A DNA stretch of 64,000 nucleotides from an uncultured Sphingomonadaceae bacterium (GTDB lineage Bacteria > Pseudomonadota > Alphaproteobacteria > Sphingomonadales > Sphingomonadaceae), in the NCBI GenBank assembly GCA_947493215.1, contig CANLQE010000001.1, forward strand, positions 1,611,404-1,675,403, given 5' to 3'. The stretch's first letter is position 1; the number at the start of each line of letters is the position of its first letter. Made by a program: the position numbers and the translations under genes. Shown one piece after another: positions 41,164-50,287 of the stretch. Under the pieces are notes generated by a model. That model did not search any database, had not been told where the DNA came from, and saw only the letters and a list, made by a program, of their open reading frames with translations.

Positions 41164-41601
41164 GTGACCCAACTTGATAGCGATCTCATTGACTGGGCGG
41201 TCTATAGCGAGACACGGTCTTCGTTAGGCCCGGATTTTGTTCGTATATTGGGTTATTTCCGCGAAGATGGTACGCAATCGGTTGTGAAGGTGGAAACCGC
41301 CATGCGGGCAAAGGATGCCGCTGCAATCATCATGCCCGCCCATAAGCTAAAAGGCGAGGCTCTTCAGTTTGGAGCATCGCGTCTAGCGGCATTGGCGGAG
41401 CAGATTGAAATGATGGCGCGCAAATGTATCGAGCATCAACAAGCCCCAGACGAGATATTGGAGCAGGTTGTTATTTTACGGCCATTATTCGAAGAGACGC
41501 TGCCGATATTGGAATATGAAACAAGCCCGATTGTGCAGCGCCAACCCATGGGGTTTGGGCGCCGCTCAACCAGTCTCGGCTCTTATATCAGTAACCGCTA
41601 G
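41164..41601 (+). CDS. Single-domain histidine phosphotransfer (HPt) protein
   Basis: 145 aa. ...AAIIMPAHKLKGEALQFGASRLAALAEQIE... matches the HPt H-K-L-K-G signature. GTG start. Confidence 0.65.
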   Translation: MTQLDSDLIDWAVYSETRSSLGPDFVRILGYFREDGTQSVVKVETAMRAKDAAAIIMPAHKLKGEALQFGASRLAALAEQIEMMARKCIEHQQAPDEILEQVVILRPLFEETLPILEYETSPIVQRQPMGFGRRSTSLGSYISNR

Positions 41602-41605
41602 AATA

Positions 41606-42082
41606 TTATTCCGCTGATTCCGACTGCAGTTGGACGTAATTTTCTATGCCCATACGCTCGATCATATCGAACTGCTTCTCCAGCGTATCGACATGCTCTT
41701 CTTCACTTTCAAGAATTTCGGCGAACAGATCGCGTGTGACATAGTCGCGCACTTTTTCGCAATGTTCGATACCATCTTTTAGCGGGGGCAGGGCTTCATT
41801 CTCTAGTGCCAAATCGGCTTTCAGGATTTCTTCTACTGACTCACCAATTTTTAAACGGCCGAGTAGTTGGAAGTTAGGCAAGCCGTCCAGAAATAAAATT
41901 CGTTCCGCCAGCTTATCGGCATGTTTCATCTCATCGATGGATTCTTCATATTCGAATTTGGCGAGTTTGCTAACGCCCCAATTGTCGAGCATCTTGCTAT
42001 GCAGGAAATATTGATTGATTGCGGTGAGTTCATTTTTCAGCGCTTCGTTCAAATAATCAATGACTTTTGCGTCACCCTTCAT
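41606..42082 (-). CDS. bfr: Bacterioferritin
   Basis: MKGDAKVIDYLNEALKNELTAINQYFLHSKM...EESIDEMKHADKL... Confidence 0.97.
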   Translation of the reverse strand: MKGDAKVIDYLNEALKNELTAINQYFLHSKMLDNWGVSKLAKFEYEESIDEMKHADKLAERILFLDGLPNFQLLGRLKIGESVEEILKADLALENEALPPLKDGIEHCEKVRDYVTRDLFAEILESEEEHVDTLEKQFDMIERMGIENYVQLQSESAE

Positions 42083-42201
42083 GGTGCAGTCCTTTTCAGT
42101 GGGGAAATGAGTTGCTTGATCCTATACACGATCGAGGTCGCGTAGGAAAGTAGTTGTTCCCAAGAAAAGTCTATTATTTCAACAGTTTGATAAAGAGAAT
42201 G

Positions 42202-42372
42202 CTAAGCGGTCGCAACTTCATTTTCGATAATGGTTCGCGCAAACGATAGGCACTGGCCGCATTTAGGTTTCCGCCCAAGCTGAGCATAGACGTCGCTTGG
42301 CTTGTCAGATCCGCTACGAACCGCAGCCCGCAGGTCTTTTTCCTTAATCGCATTACAGACACAAACAACCAT
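42202..42372 (-). CDS. bfd: Bacterioferritin-associated ferredoxin (BFD-like 2Fe-2S)
   Basis: Not in the ORF track (56 aa). The minus strand from 42372 reads MVVCVCNAIKEKDLRAAVRSGSDKPSDVYAQLGRKPKCGQCLSFARTIIENEVATA-stop, with the CxC...CxxC pattern. The track ORF 42174..42368 is a different frame. Confidence 0.88.
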   Translation of the reverse strand: MVVCVCNAIKEKDLRAAVRSGSDKPSDVYAQLGRKPKCGQCLSFARTIIENEVATA

Positions 42373-42399
42373 ATGTGCTCCTTATGCGACTCGTATATA

Positions 42400-42418
42400 G
42401 CTAATGAGAATAGATCGC
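42400..42418 (-). promoter_or_regulatory. Fur-box-like sequence upstream of bfd-bfr
   Basis: gcTAATGAgAATagaTcgC matches 12 of 19 positions of GATAATGATAATCATTATC. It lies 28 nt upstream of the bfd start. Confidence 0.3.
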
Positions 42419-42443
42419 AATAGCAAAGTTCGCTTTGATATGA

Positions 42444-43691
42444 TCAGGCGCTAATGGTCATCGGCTGCCTTTCGCGGCGGGCTAAAGAGCGCCATAGCCA
42501 TTCGAGAGGGCCGTAACGGTAACGCATCAACCAAGGTTTGGACCAGAGCAGCATGGTGATCCAGCTGCTGAGCACCAGCAATATCATTTGCGCCCTCCCG
42601 ACTGTCCCAAACAGACCTAAGCCCCAGCCATAGAATAGGAATGCCATGACGACACTGGTCCCGAGATAGTTGGAGAAGGCAACGCGCCCCGCAGCTGCAA
42701 CGCGGTGTAGCAAAAGATGGCCCGAAAACCGTTGGATGAGAAGTACCAGCAACGCGACATATCCCGCAGCCATTAGCAAGCGAGGCAAGCTAGCCCAGGC
42801 TTGGGTGATGTTCATCATCATGATGATTTCAAAACCCTGATCTGCTGCCAGCCATGCTAAGGCTGCGAAGAACAGGCCACCGATAGACGTTCCCCAGATA
42901 CCTATGCGAAGATAAGTCCGACGATCAGCGTGACCGAGCAAGAATCCGGATTTGTATAGACCCATGCCGATCATCATTAATGGAATGGTCTCGAAAGGAG
43001 CGAGGAACAAGTTCTGAAACGGTGTCCACCGTTGATTGGTTAGTTTGTCGATAAGAATCTGGATGAAAGATCCCTTATATACAGCAGCTTCCTCGGCGAG
43101 AGCCTTGGCTGATATGCCAAATTCTTCAATCATCTCCGCAAATTCATCGATGATTTCCGGACTGGCATTTGGCTGAGCCGCTTCGCTTTGCAAGTAGAGC
43201 ATCGTCGCCATGCCGATGGCGAGTAAAACAGAGCCTATAATATAAGCGATAATGCCGCCTTTGATCAGTTTTTCCCCCGACCAATTGCGGAAGATATAGG
43301 CTGCTGCGCCCGATACAGCATAGAGAAACAATATGTCGCCCCACCACAGCAGATAAAAGTGGCACAAGCCGAATATGGCCAGCCAGAACATGCGGGAATA
43401 ATGGACCTGTGCTGGCGATTGCCCACTAGCCGCTGCGCGTTCGATCACCAGCATCATGCTCGCACCGAATAGCAGCGAGAAAATCGCCCTCATTTTTCCG
43501 TCGAAAAAGATGAAGGAGGCGGTCCATGATGCGATATCCGACGGGCTGCCCGACGTGCCGATGATCGGGCTGATGTAAGCCATTTCGGGAAAGCCAAAAG
43601 TGGTGATGTTCATCCACAATATACCCATGACCGCAAAGCCGCGCAGCGCATCAAGGGTGATATGGCGGGCTTGAGCCGTGGTGGCGTTCAT
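42444..43691 (-). CDS. DUF418/YeiB-family membrane protein
   Basis: ...ITLDALRGFAVMGILWMNI...PLEWLWRSL... are DUF418 hallmarks, with about 9-10 TM segments. ATG 43691 is preferred over the adjacent TTG 43694. Confidence 0.8.
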   Translation of the reverse strand: MNATTAQARHITLDALRGFAVMGILWMNITTFGFPEMAYISPIIGTSGSPSDIASWTASFIFFDGKMRAIFSLLFGASMMLVIERAAASGQSPAQVHYSRMFWLAIFGLCHFYLLWWGDILFLYAVSGAAAYIFRNWSGEKLIKGGIIAYIIGSVLLAIGMATMLYLQSEAAQPNASPEIIDEFAEMIEEFGISAKALAEEAAVYKGSFIQILIDKLTNQRWTPFQNLFLAPFETIPLMMIGMGLYKSGFLLGHADRRTYLRIGIWGTSIGGLFFAALAWLAADQGFEIIMMMNITQAWASLPRLLMAAGYVALLVLLIQRFSGHLLLHRVAAAGRVAFSNYLGTSVVMAFLFYGWGLGLFGTVGRAQMILLVLSSWITMLLWSKPWLMRYRYGPLEWLWRSLARRERQPMTISA

Positions 43692-43728
43692 CAACTATCC
43701 TTGCTGTATTATAAATACAATACAGCCT

Positions 43729-44403
43729 CTAAAGCCAGCTTGTAATGGCGTCCAGTGGTTTCTTGATCGTAGCATGTACCGGAATAGTCGCATCAGGAGC
43801 AGGCTTGCCGACGACCAACACCATCATCGGTTTTTCATTAGCGGGGCGTTCACACAGCTCGTTAAGAAACTTCATCGGATTGGGCGTATGGGTGAGCGTG
43901 GCGAGCCCCGCATCATGCAGCGCTGTGATCAGCATGCCGGTGGCAATACCAACGCTTTCGTTCACATAATAATTCTGCTTCATCTCACCGGGCATCATCC
44001 CGCCCTTGCGCTGGCCGAATATGACAATCAAATAAGGTGCGGTTTCAAGAAAGGGCTTGTCCGCATCCGTGCCAAGTGGGCCGAGTGCTTCTAACCATTC
44101 TTCGCTCGCCTTGTTTTCGTAAAACTCCTGCTCTTCTTGTTCCGCCGCTGCGCGGAGTGCCTTTTTCTTGTCGGCGGATTCGATGACTGCAAAATGCCAT
44201 GGCTGGTGATTAGCCCCATTGGGAGCCGTGCCAGCGGCAAGCAGAGCGTTTTCGATGACCGCCCGCGGAACCGGTTCATCCGTAAAATAACGGCAAGTGC
44301 GGCGGATCCTTAGCATGTCGTAAAATGCTTTGGACCGCGCGATGCGTTCTTCATCAGAATATTCGGGAAGCTGAGTATAGGGTAGAGTATCATGCGGCTT
44401 CAT
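43729..44403 (-). CDS. Nitroreductase-superfamily flavoprotein, iodotyrosine deiodinase (IYD)-like dehalogenase homolog
   Basis: 224 aa. [26 protein letters not shown]...[18 protein letters not shown]...EQEFYENK...[15 protein letters not shown]...[31 protein letters not shown]...[17 protein letters not shown] parallels animal IYD block by block. Confidence 0.7.
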   Translation of the reverse strand: MKPHDTLPYTQLPEYSDEERIARSKAFYDMLRIRRTCRYFTDEPVPRAVIENALLAAGTAPNGANHQPWHFAVIESADKKKALRAAAEQEEQEFYENKASEEWLEALGPLGTDADKPFLETAPYLIVIFGQRKGGMMPGEMKQNYYVNESVGIATGMLITALHDAGLATLTHTPNPMKFLNELCERPANEKPMMVLVVGKPAPDATIPVHATIKKPLDAITSWL

Positions 44404-44638
44404 CGCGGTTTCCTTGGCGCTGTTCTAAATTTCGCGCCAATTTGGGCGCGTGATAAAATTTCAAAGTTCACACAATTCACACCCAGCCATGCTTGGTTGA
44501 GTGTGGGCGACTTATATCTGCTCTCGGTCAAGATGCATAGTCATTGAACGGCATGTAGGAAAGGCAATAACCAGTATTGACATTAATGTTAGTAATGGCT
44601 ATTCCACCGTTAATGTTTGATAATAAAGTGATTCTGAT

Positions 44639-45427
44639 ATGACCGTCTCTCCGATCGATATGCCGTTGCTCAATTCTGAACATGCGACACCCAGCATCCG
44701 CCCGATCAAGGCGTTTCGCCATTTTCGAAAGCTGATAGCTGACAAAGAAGATACAGCTGAAGTGTTCCACATTATCGAAGCGCTCGCAGGCAAAGCCTTT
44801 ATTCGCAATGCAAAGCGCTTTTTGAAAACCCCGCATGCGCAGGAATTGATGGAGCGCAATGTTCATCTACCAACCACGCTGGATAATCATGATAAATTGC
44901 GTCAGCTTCCAGCTGATAGCCTAGGGCAGGCCTATGTTCGTTTCATGGAAAAAGAGGGATTGTCCGCTGCTGGACTGGTTGCCGAATTCGATCGCTATGG
45001 AGCAGACTATGAAAAGCGCAACGATGTGACGGAATGGTTTGGCGACCGGATGCGCGACACGCATGATCTGCTGCACGTTTTGACCGGCTATGGCCGCGAT
45101 GCGTTGGGGGAACAATGCGTGCTCGGTTTTACCTATGGTCAGAACCCCAATCTGGGGATTTTGTTCATTGCCTATGCCGGTGCATTGGAAATGAAAAAGC
45201 AGTCTCCGTCAAATGCGCCCGTGTTGAAGGCTGTCCGCGAAGGACAACGACTGGGTAAGGCGGCTAAACGACTGGCTTATTATGACATTGAAAAGATACT
45301 CGCGATGCCAATTGATGAAGCCCGTGCGTTTCTGAATATTGGCAAGCCGGTCCACTATAAACAGGCCCACGCAGCTTATGAAGCGAAGGGCATTGATCCT
45401 TATAATCTGCTGGGGCAACCGGCGTAG
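44639..45427 (+). CDS. Coq4-family (ubiquinone biosynthesis protein Coq4-like) protein
   Basis: 262 aa. THDLLHVLTGYGRDALGEQ matches the HDxxH-x11-E zinc motif typical of Coq4. Confidence 0.75.
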   Translation: MTVSPIDMPLLNSEHATPSIRPIKAFRHFRKLIADKEDTAEVFHIIEALAGKAFIRNAKRFLKTPHAQELMERNVHLPTTLDNHDKLRQLPADSLGQAYVRFMEKEGLSAAGLVAEFDRYGADYEKRNDVTEWFGDRMRDTHDLLHVLTGYGRDALGEQCVLGFTYGQNPNLGILFIAYAGALEMKKQSPSNAPVLKAVREGQRLGKAAKRLAYYDIEKILAMPIDEARAFLNIGKPVHYKQAHAAYEAKGIDPYNLLGQPA

Positions 45428-45439
45428 GATTACGAATAG

Positions 45440-45922
45440 CTATTGCGCGGCTTCGATTTTTTTGACCAAAACATCATATCCATTGATGGAGTTTTGAATT
45501 TCATTCTCCGCTTTGGTCAGTCTTTCCGATGATTGCCTAACTTTTTGCTCCAGCTGGTTTGTCTGTGGGCGGATTTGCGGATTGTTTCTCCACAGCACCC
45601 GCAATTCGGAAAGGGTCTGATCCATCGTATCCTGTGCGACGGCCAATTCGGTCTTTGCGGCTTCGGCCTGATCGCGGACCTCTTTTGCTTGCAATTCAAC
45701 TTCGACGCCAAAGGCGCTGAAGCGGCCAATATTGGTTTTTCCTAGCTGTTCCCCGAACTGGATTGGGAAAAACAGGAAAAATCCAACGATCCCCAAAACG
45801 AGCAGGTCGCGGGCCAATGTAAGGGCATTTTTGCCAATCTCTGTCCAATGTAACTCCGTCATGCTGCTGTCCTGATGTTGAAAAACTGTCCGAATTTTTC
45901 CTAGACGCTCTTTTGCGTCCAT
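45440..45922 (-). CDS. Hypothetical single-TM coiled-coil protein
   Basis: 160 aa. TM segment LLVLGIVGFFLFFPI, followed by a Q/E/A-rich heptad-like C-terminal half. I recognise no family. Confidence 0.5.
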   Translation of the reverse strand: MDAKERLGKIRTVFQHQDSSMTELHWTEIGKNALTLARDLLVLGIVGFFLFFPIQFGEQLGKTNIGRFSAFGVEVELQAKEVRDQAEAAKTELAVAQDTMDQTLSELRVLWRNNPQIRPQTNQLEQKVRQSSERLTKAENEIQNSINGYDVLVKKIEAAQ

Positions 45923-46073
45923 ATTTTGCGAATTGTCAGTTTTGCTGGGATGAGATGGCAGAAAACCCCCATTGCGATTGCGTTTTATTTCAGTGATACT
46001 GACATTGGGTCGTCCGATTTTTCAAATCTTTGAGGCCAACAATGGACCGCGGGATATGAGGGAGGGCAATGTC

Positions 46074-46385
46074 ATGGAAATACGATTTTCACTCATCTTG
46101 GTCGGTGCGGTGCTGTTATCAAGCTGCGCCGAACACCGTCTGATTGTACAGCGTCCCAATCCCGACGGAGAGACGAATATTGTTCATAGCAGCGCTTTTC
46201 TGCTGCCCAAGGGCCAACCGCGCAATGTTGCTGATTGCCAGACCAACCTGATCGACGAAGTTCGCGTGAAAACGAATTTCGGACAGTCGTTGATAACGGT
46301 GCTGACGCTTGGCTTTTACCAGCCGGCTACCATCGAATATTTCTGCGCCAAAGTGCCTTCGGATGAAGGCAGCACCGACGAATAG
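46074..46385 (+). CDS. Bor/Iss-family-like outer-membrane lipoprotein
   Basis: GAGGGAGGG lies upstream of ATG 46074. Lipobox LLSSC. The mature part aligns with my recollection of lambda Bor (C-A..-.-VQ..P ... C ... V.T..F...L...TLG.Y.P......YC). Confidence 0.55.
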   Translation: MEIRFSLILVGAVLLSSCAEHRLIVQRPNPDGETNIVHSSAFLLPKGQPRNVADCQTNLIDEVRVKTNFGQSLITVLTLGFYQPATIEYFCAKVPSDEGSTDE

Positions 46386-46414
46386 TCCGCGACACTCAGG
46401 CAGACGGGAGAAAT

Positions 46415-47944
46415 ATGATGCCCCCCAATCAGATACAGGTGAATAATAATATTGAGTGGGTGAACCATCACTTCAACATCAAGGTGCCGATCGCCAAGCG
46501 GCTGCGCGTTCACAATGAAAACCCTACGCGGGCGACGATGTCAGGAATGCGCGCAACGGCAGCGCGGTTGCAGGGGATTATTGCGGACGCGCTGACAGCG
46601 GGCGCACAACTCCGCGCTTGCGGATCGCGCTGGTCCTTTTCTGATATTCCGGTGGTGAAAGACGGCTGGGTGGTCGAGACCGCCAATCTCGACTGGACAT
46701 TTAATGTTGGCGCCGCAGATGTCGATCTCGCGAGTTCTACATCGCGAGATGATCTTTATCTCGTGCAATGCGGTACGAATATTTCCAAGATAAACGAACG
46801 TTTGGAGACGCGGTCTCGCCGTCGCGCGCTGCGCACAACAGGCGCAAGTAATGGCCAGACGATAGCGGGTGCCATCGGGACCGGCGTGCATGGTTCGGCT
46901 ATCGATGTTGGCGCGATGGAGAGCGAAGTCGCGGGTATCCAGCTTTTGACAGCCACGCAAAATCTGTGGATTGAACCGGCCAGAGCGCCTGTGATGACGG
47001 CAAATTTTGCGGCCAAGCTCGGCGCGACACTAGTGCGCGACGATGCCAAATTTGATGCCGCACTGGTTAGCTTGGGCGCGCTGGGGATCGTCCATTCCGC
47101 GATGCTGCGCGGGACAGGGCGCTATTTGCTCAATTCCTCAATGCTCCATATTCCTTTTGGCCAGTTACAGGGCGCGCTCAATATGCTCGATTTCCGGGGG
47201 TCTGGACTGCCGGACCAGACTCGCAGGCCCTATTTCTTTCAGGTGATTCTGGATCCCAGTAAAATGGATATTGGCTATACGACGGTGCGGTACAAGGAAT
47301 TGTGCCCGCCGGGCTATAGCGCCGATTATAATCTGAAGTCCGAAGCGGAGCCGGGCACCGATCTACCGCGACTTATCGCGTCCGCGATCAAGATGTTTCC
47401 CGACCTGCGCGACACGGCGACCAGTCTGCTGATTCAGAGCGAGTTGAAAGTGCGCGCCGACCGACCACATGAATGGCGACTGCCCGGCGAGACATATAGT
47501 TTTACCAGCGCGCGCGAAGGCATTGCGAGCTCCGGCTTTGCCGTGCCGATTGCGCAAGTTACCACAGCGCTGGAAATCATGCGTCAGGCCTTTCTCGTCC
47601 ACAATAGTGCACCGGTTGTTTTCACATGCCGCTATGCGCAAAAGTCGCCGGGCATGATGGCTTTCACCCGCTATGACCCCAGCTGCGTTATCGATATTGA
47701 TGGTATCGATACACCCGCAACGCGCAAGCTGATCACGCTGGCCGGTCAGCGCCTAGAGGCGGCGGGCATGCCGTTCACTCAGCATTGGGGCAAGATGCAT
47801 GACCTGACCAAGACGCGCGTGCGGCGCGGCTATGGCGGCAGCGTGGATCGCTGGAATCAGGTGCGCAAATTGCTGCTGCCCGATGCGGCAGAACGCGATG
47901 CGTTTTCCTCGCCGTTTCTGGATAGCGTGGGTTTGAACGCCTGA
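46415..47944 (+). CDS. FAD-binding (PCMH-type, gulonolactone/arabinonolactone-oxidase-like) oxidoreductase
   Basis: 509 aa. ...LRACGSRWSFSD...TGASNGQTIAGAIGTGVHGS... resembles the FAD-linked oxidase family. It starts 29 nt downstream of the Bor-like gene. Confidence 0.65.
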   Translation: MMPPNQIQVNNNIEWVNHHFNIKVPIAKRLRVHNENPTRATMSGMRATAARLQGIIADALTAGAQLRACGSRWSFSDIPVVKDGWVVETANLDWTFNVGAADVDLASSTSRDDLYLVQCGTNISKINERLETRSRRRALRTTGASNGQTIAGAIGTGVHGSAIDVGAMESEVAGIQLLTATQNLWIEPARAPVMTANFAAKLGATLVRDDAKFDAALVSLGALGIVHSAMLRGTGRYLLNSSMLHIPFGQLQGALNMLDFRGSGLPDQTRRPYFFQVILDPSKMDIGYTTVRYKELCPPGYSADYNLKSEAEPGTDLPRLIASAIKMFPDLRDTATSLLIQSELKVRADRPHEWRLPGETYSFTSAREGIASSGFAVPIAQVTTALEIMRQAFLVHNSAPVVFTCRYAQKSPGMMAFTRYDPSCVIDIDGIDTPATRKLITLAGQRLEAAGMPFTQHWGKMHDLTKTRVRRGYGGSVDRWNQVRKLLLPDAAERDAFSSPFLDSVGLNA

Positions 47945-47948
47945 GGGG

Positions 47949-50156
47949 TTAGTCGTTCATCCAGTCGCGGAAGAAACTGTCGCTGGCTTCGCGGATGTCG
48001 GCGACAGGAACAGCCTGCCCGTTCAGGACAAGTGCATTGCCTTTCACTCTACCGATTTTGGTGAACGGTACTTTGTCCGGATTCAGGTCATCTTCGTTGC
48101 GATATGTCACGATATATCGGCCTTGCGCTTCGCTAAAGGCGAACGCGCTGGTCATATCCTGAACTTCCGCACCCAAATTACCTGCCAGTGCCATTTCAGC
48201 GACAGCAACTGCGAGCCCACCGTCGCTGACATCGTGGACTGCTGTTACTTTGCCATCCTTGATCAACTGTCTGACGGTGCGGCCCGTCAGGCTTTCATCT
48301 TTCAAGTCGACTGCAGGAGGGGCTCCATCTTCGCTGCCATGAATTTCTCGCATCCAGAGCGATTGCCCCAGTTCCTCGTAGTGGAAACCTATCGTAGCGA
48401 TATAATCCCCGTCGTTCTTGAACCCAAGGGTCATCATCTTATCGAGATCATCAATGATCCCAACTGCGCCAATAGCAGGCGTCGGCAGGATCGCGTGACT
48501 TACGCCATCCGCGCCGGTGGTCTCATTGTAGAGGCTGACATTGCCCGATACGATCGGCATATCCAGCGCCAAGCACGCCTCGGCCATGCCTTCGATACAA
48601 CCGACAAACTGTGCCATGATATGCGGTTTTTCGGGATTGCCGAAATTCATGCAGTCCGTGGTGGCAAGCGGCGTCGCACCGACGGCACAAAGGTTGCGAT
48701 AGGCTTCGGCGATGGCCTGCTTGCCACCTTCGACCGGATCGGCCTTGCAATAGCGCGGCGTGCAATCGGTGGTGATCGCCAGGCCCTTGTTGGTGCCATG
48801 AACGCGGACAACGGCTGCATCACCGCCGGAGCGCTGCGCGGTGTCAGCGCCAACCTGGCTATCATATTGCTCCCAGATCCAGCGGCGCGAGGCGAGGGCA
48901 GGGCTTGCCATCATCTTCAGTAGGTCCGCGCCAATATCGGTGCTTTCGGGAATGTCGCCGAGCGGTTGGGTCGCGACATGCGCTTTATATTCTTCCTGAC
49001 TGAGATGCGGCCGGTCATAAAGCGGCGCATCGTCGGCGAGCGGGCCGAGCGGGATATCGCACACGGTTTCGCCTTTATGGGTCAACACCATGCGGCGGGT
49101 GTCGGTTACTTCGCCGATCACGGCAAAATCCAGTTCCCACTTCGTAAAGATGGCTTCGGCCATTTCTTCTCGGCCGGGTTTCAGGACCATCAGCATGCGT
49201 TCCTGACTTTCGGACAGCATCATCTCGTAAGCGGTCATTTCGGTTTCGCGGCAGGGCACTTTGTCCATGTCGAGAATGATGCCGACCTCGCCATTGGTCG
49301 CCATTTCAACGCTGGAGCTGGTCAGGCCAGCCGCGCCCATATCCTGAATGGCAACAATCGCATCCGATGCCATCAGTTCCAGACAGGCCTCGATAAGCAG
49401 TTTCTCGGTAAACGGATCGCCAACCTGAACCGTGGGGCGCTTCTCATCACTGTCATCGTCAAATTCCGCGCTCGCCATGGTTGCGCCATGGATGCCATCG
49501 CGGCCGGTTTTCGAGCCGACATAGACGATTGGATTGCCGACGCCAGAAGCTGCTGAATAGAAAATCTTGTCCGCATCCGCTACGCCGACGGTCATCGCAT
49601 TGACGATGATATTGCCGTCATAAGCTGCGTCGAAATTGGTTTCGCCGCCAACGGTCGGCACGCCCACGCAATTGCCATAGCCGCCAATGCCAGCGACCAC
49701 GCCTTTGACGAGATGCTTCATCTTGGGATGTTCGGGACGTCCAAAGCGGAGCGCATTCAGGTTCGCCACTGGCCGCGCACCCATGGTGAAGACGTCGCGC
49801 AAGATACCGCCAACGCCCGTCGCGGCCCCCTGATAGGGTTCGATATAGCTCGGGTGGTTGTGGCTCTCCATCTTGAAGATCGCGGCCTGACCGTCACCTA
49901 TGTCGATAACTCCAGCATTTTCGCCGGGACCACAAATGACCTGTGGGCCAGTTGTTGGCAGTTTCTTGAGATGCAGGCGACTGGATTTGTAAGAACAATG
50001 TTCCGACCACATGACCGAAAATATGCCAAGCTCGGTAATATTCGGCTCGCGCTCCAGCGCGTTTAATATGCGCTGATATTCTTCCTTGTTGAGGCCATGT
50101 TCGGCGACAATTTCAGGGGTGATTTTGGTGGCGGTGCGCGAGGATGTTTGTGTCAT
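47949..50156 (-). CDS. purL: Phosphoribosylformylglycinamidine synthase subunit PurL
   Basis: 735 aa. ...EHCSYKSS...[12 protein letters not shown]...[25 protein letters not shown]... Confidence 0.97.
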   Translation of the reverse strand: MTQTSSRTATKITPEIVAEHGLNKEEYQRILNALEREPNITELGIFSVMWSEHCSYKSSRLHLKKLPTTGPQVICGPGENAGVIDIGDGQAAIFKMESHNHPSYIEPYQGAATGVGGILRDVFTMGARPVANLNALRFGRPEHPKMKHLVKGVVAGIGGYGNCVGVPTVGGETNFDAAYDGNIIVNAMTVGVADADKIFYSAASGVGNPIVYVGSKTGRDGIHGATMASAEFDDDSDEKRPTVQVGDPFTEKLLIEACLELMASDAIVAIQDMGAAGLTSSSVEMATNGEVGIILDMDKVPCRETEMTAYEMMLSESQERMLMVLKPGREEMAEAIFTKWELDFAVIGEVTDTRRMVLTHKGETVCDIPLGPLADDAPLYDRPHLSQEEYKAHVATQPLGDIPESTDIGADLLKMMASPALASRRWIWEQYDSQVGADTAQRSGGDAAVVRVHGTNKGLAITTDCTPRYCKADPVEGGKQAIAEAYRNLCAVGATPLATTDCMNFGNPEKPHIMAQFVGCIEGMAEACLALDMPIVSGNVSLYNETTGADGVSHAILPTPAIGAVGIIDDLDKMMTLGFKNDGDYIATIGFHYEELGQSLWMREIHGSEDGAPPAVDLKDESLTGRTVRQLIKDGKVTAVHDVSDGGLAVAVAEMALAGNLGAEVQDMTSAFAFSEAQGRYIVTYRNEDDLNPDKVPFTKIGRVKGNALVLNGQAVPVADIREASDSFFRDWMND

Positions 50157-50287
50157 GGAAACCCTTTAACGAGCCCTCCCGATTCCGCCTAGTGTGAATT
50201 ATCCTTTTTCCGGCGCTGTATTGCTTTACGCGCCAAAACATGGTTTCATATTGAAACTGAAATTGATTCGACGGCTGGGATGTTCTT

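Noticed and set aside
42174-42368. Track ORF of 64 aa on the minus strand upstream of bfr.
   Set aside because: It is in the wrong frame. The overlapping frame starting at 42372 gives a clean BFD-type CxC...CxxC ferredoxin.
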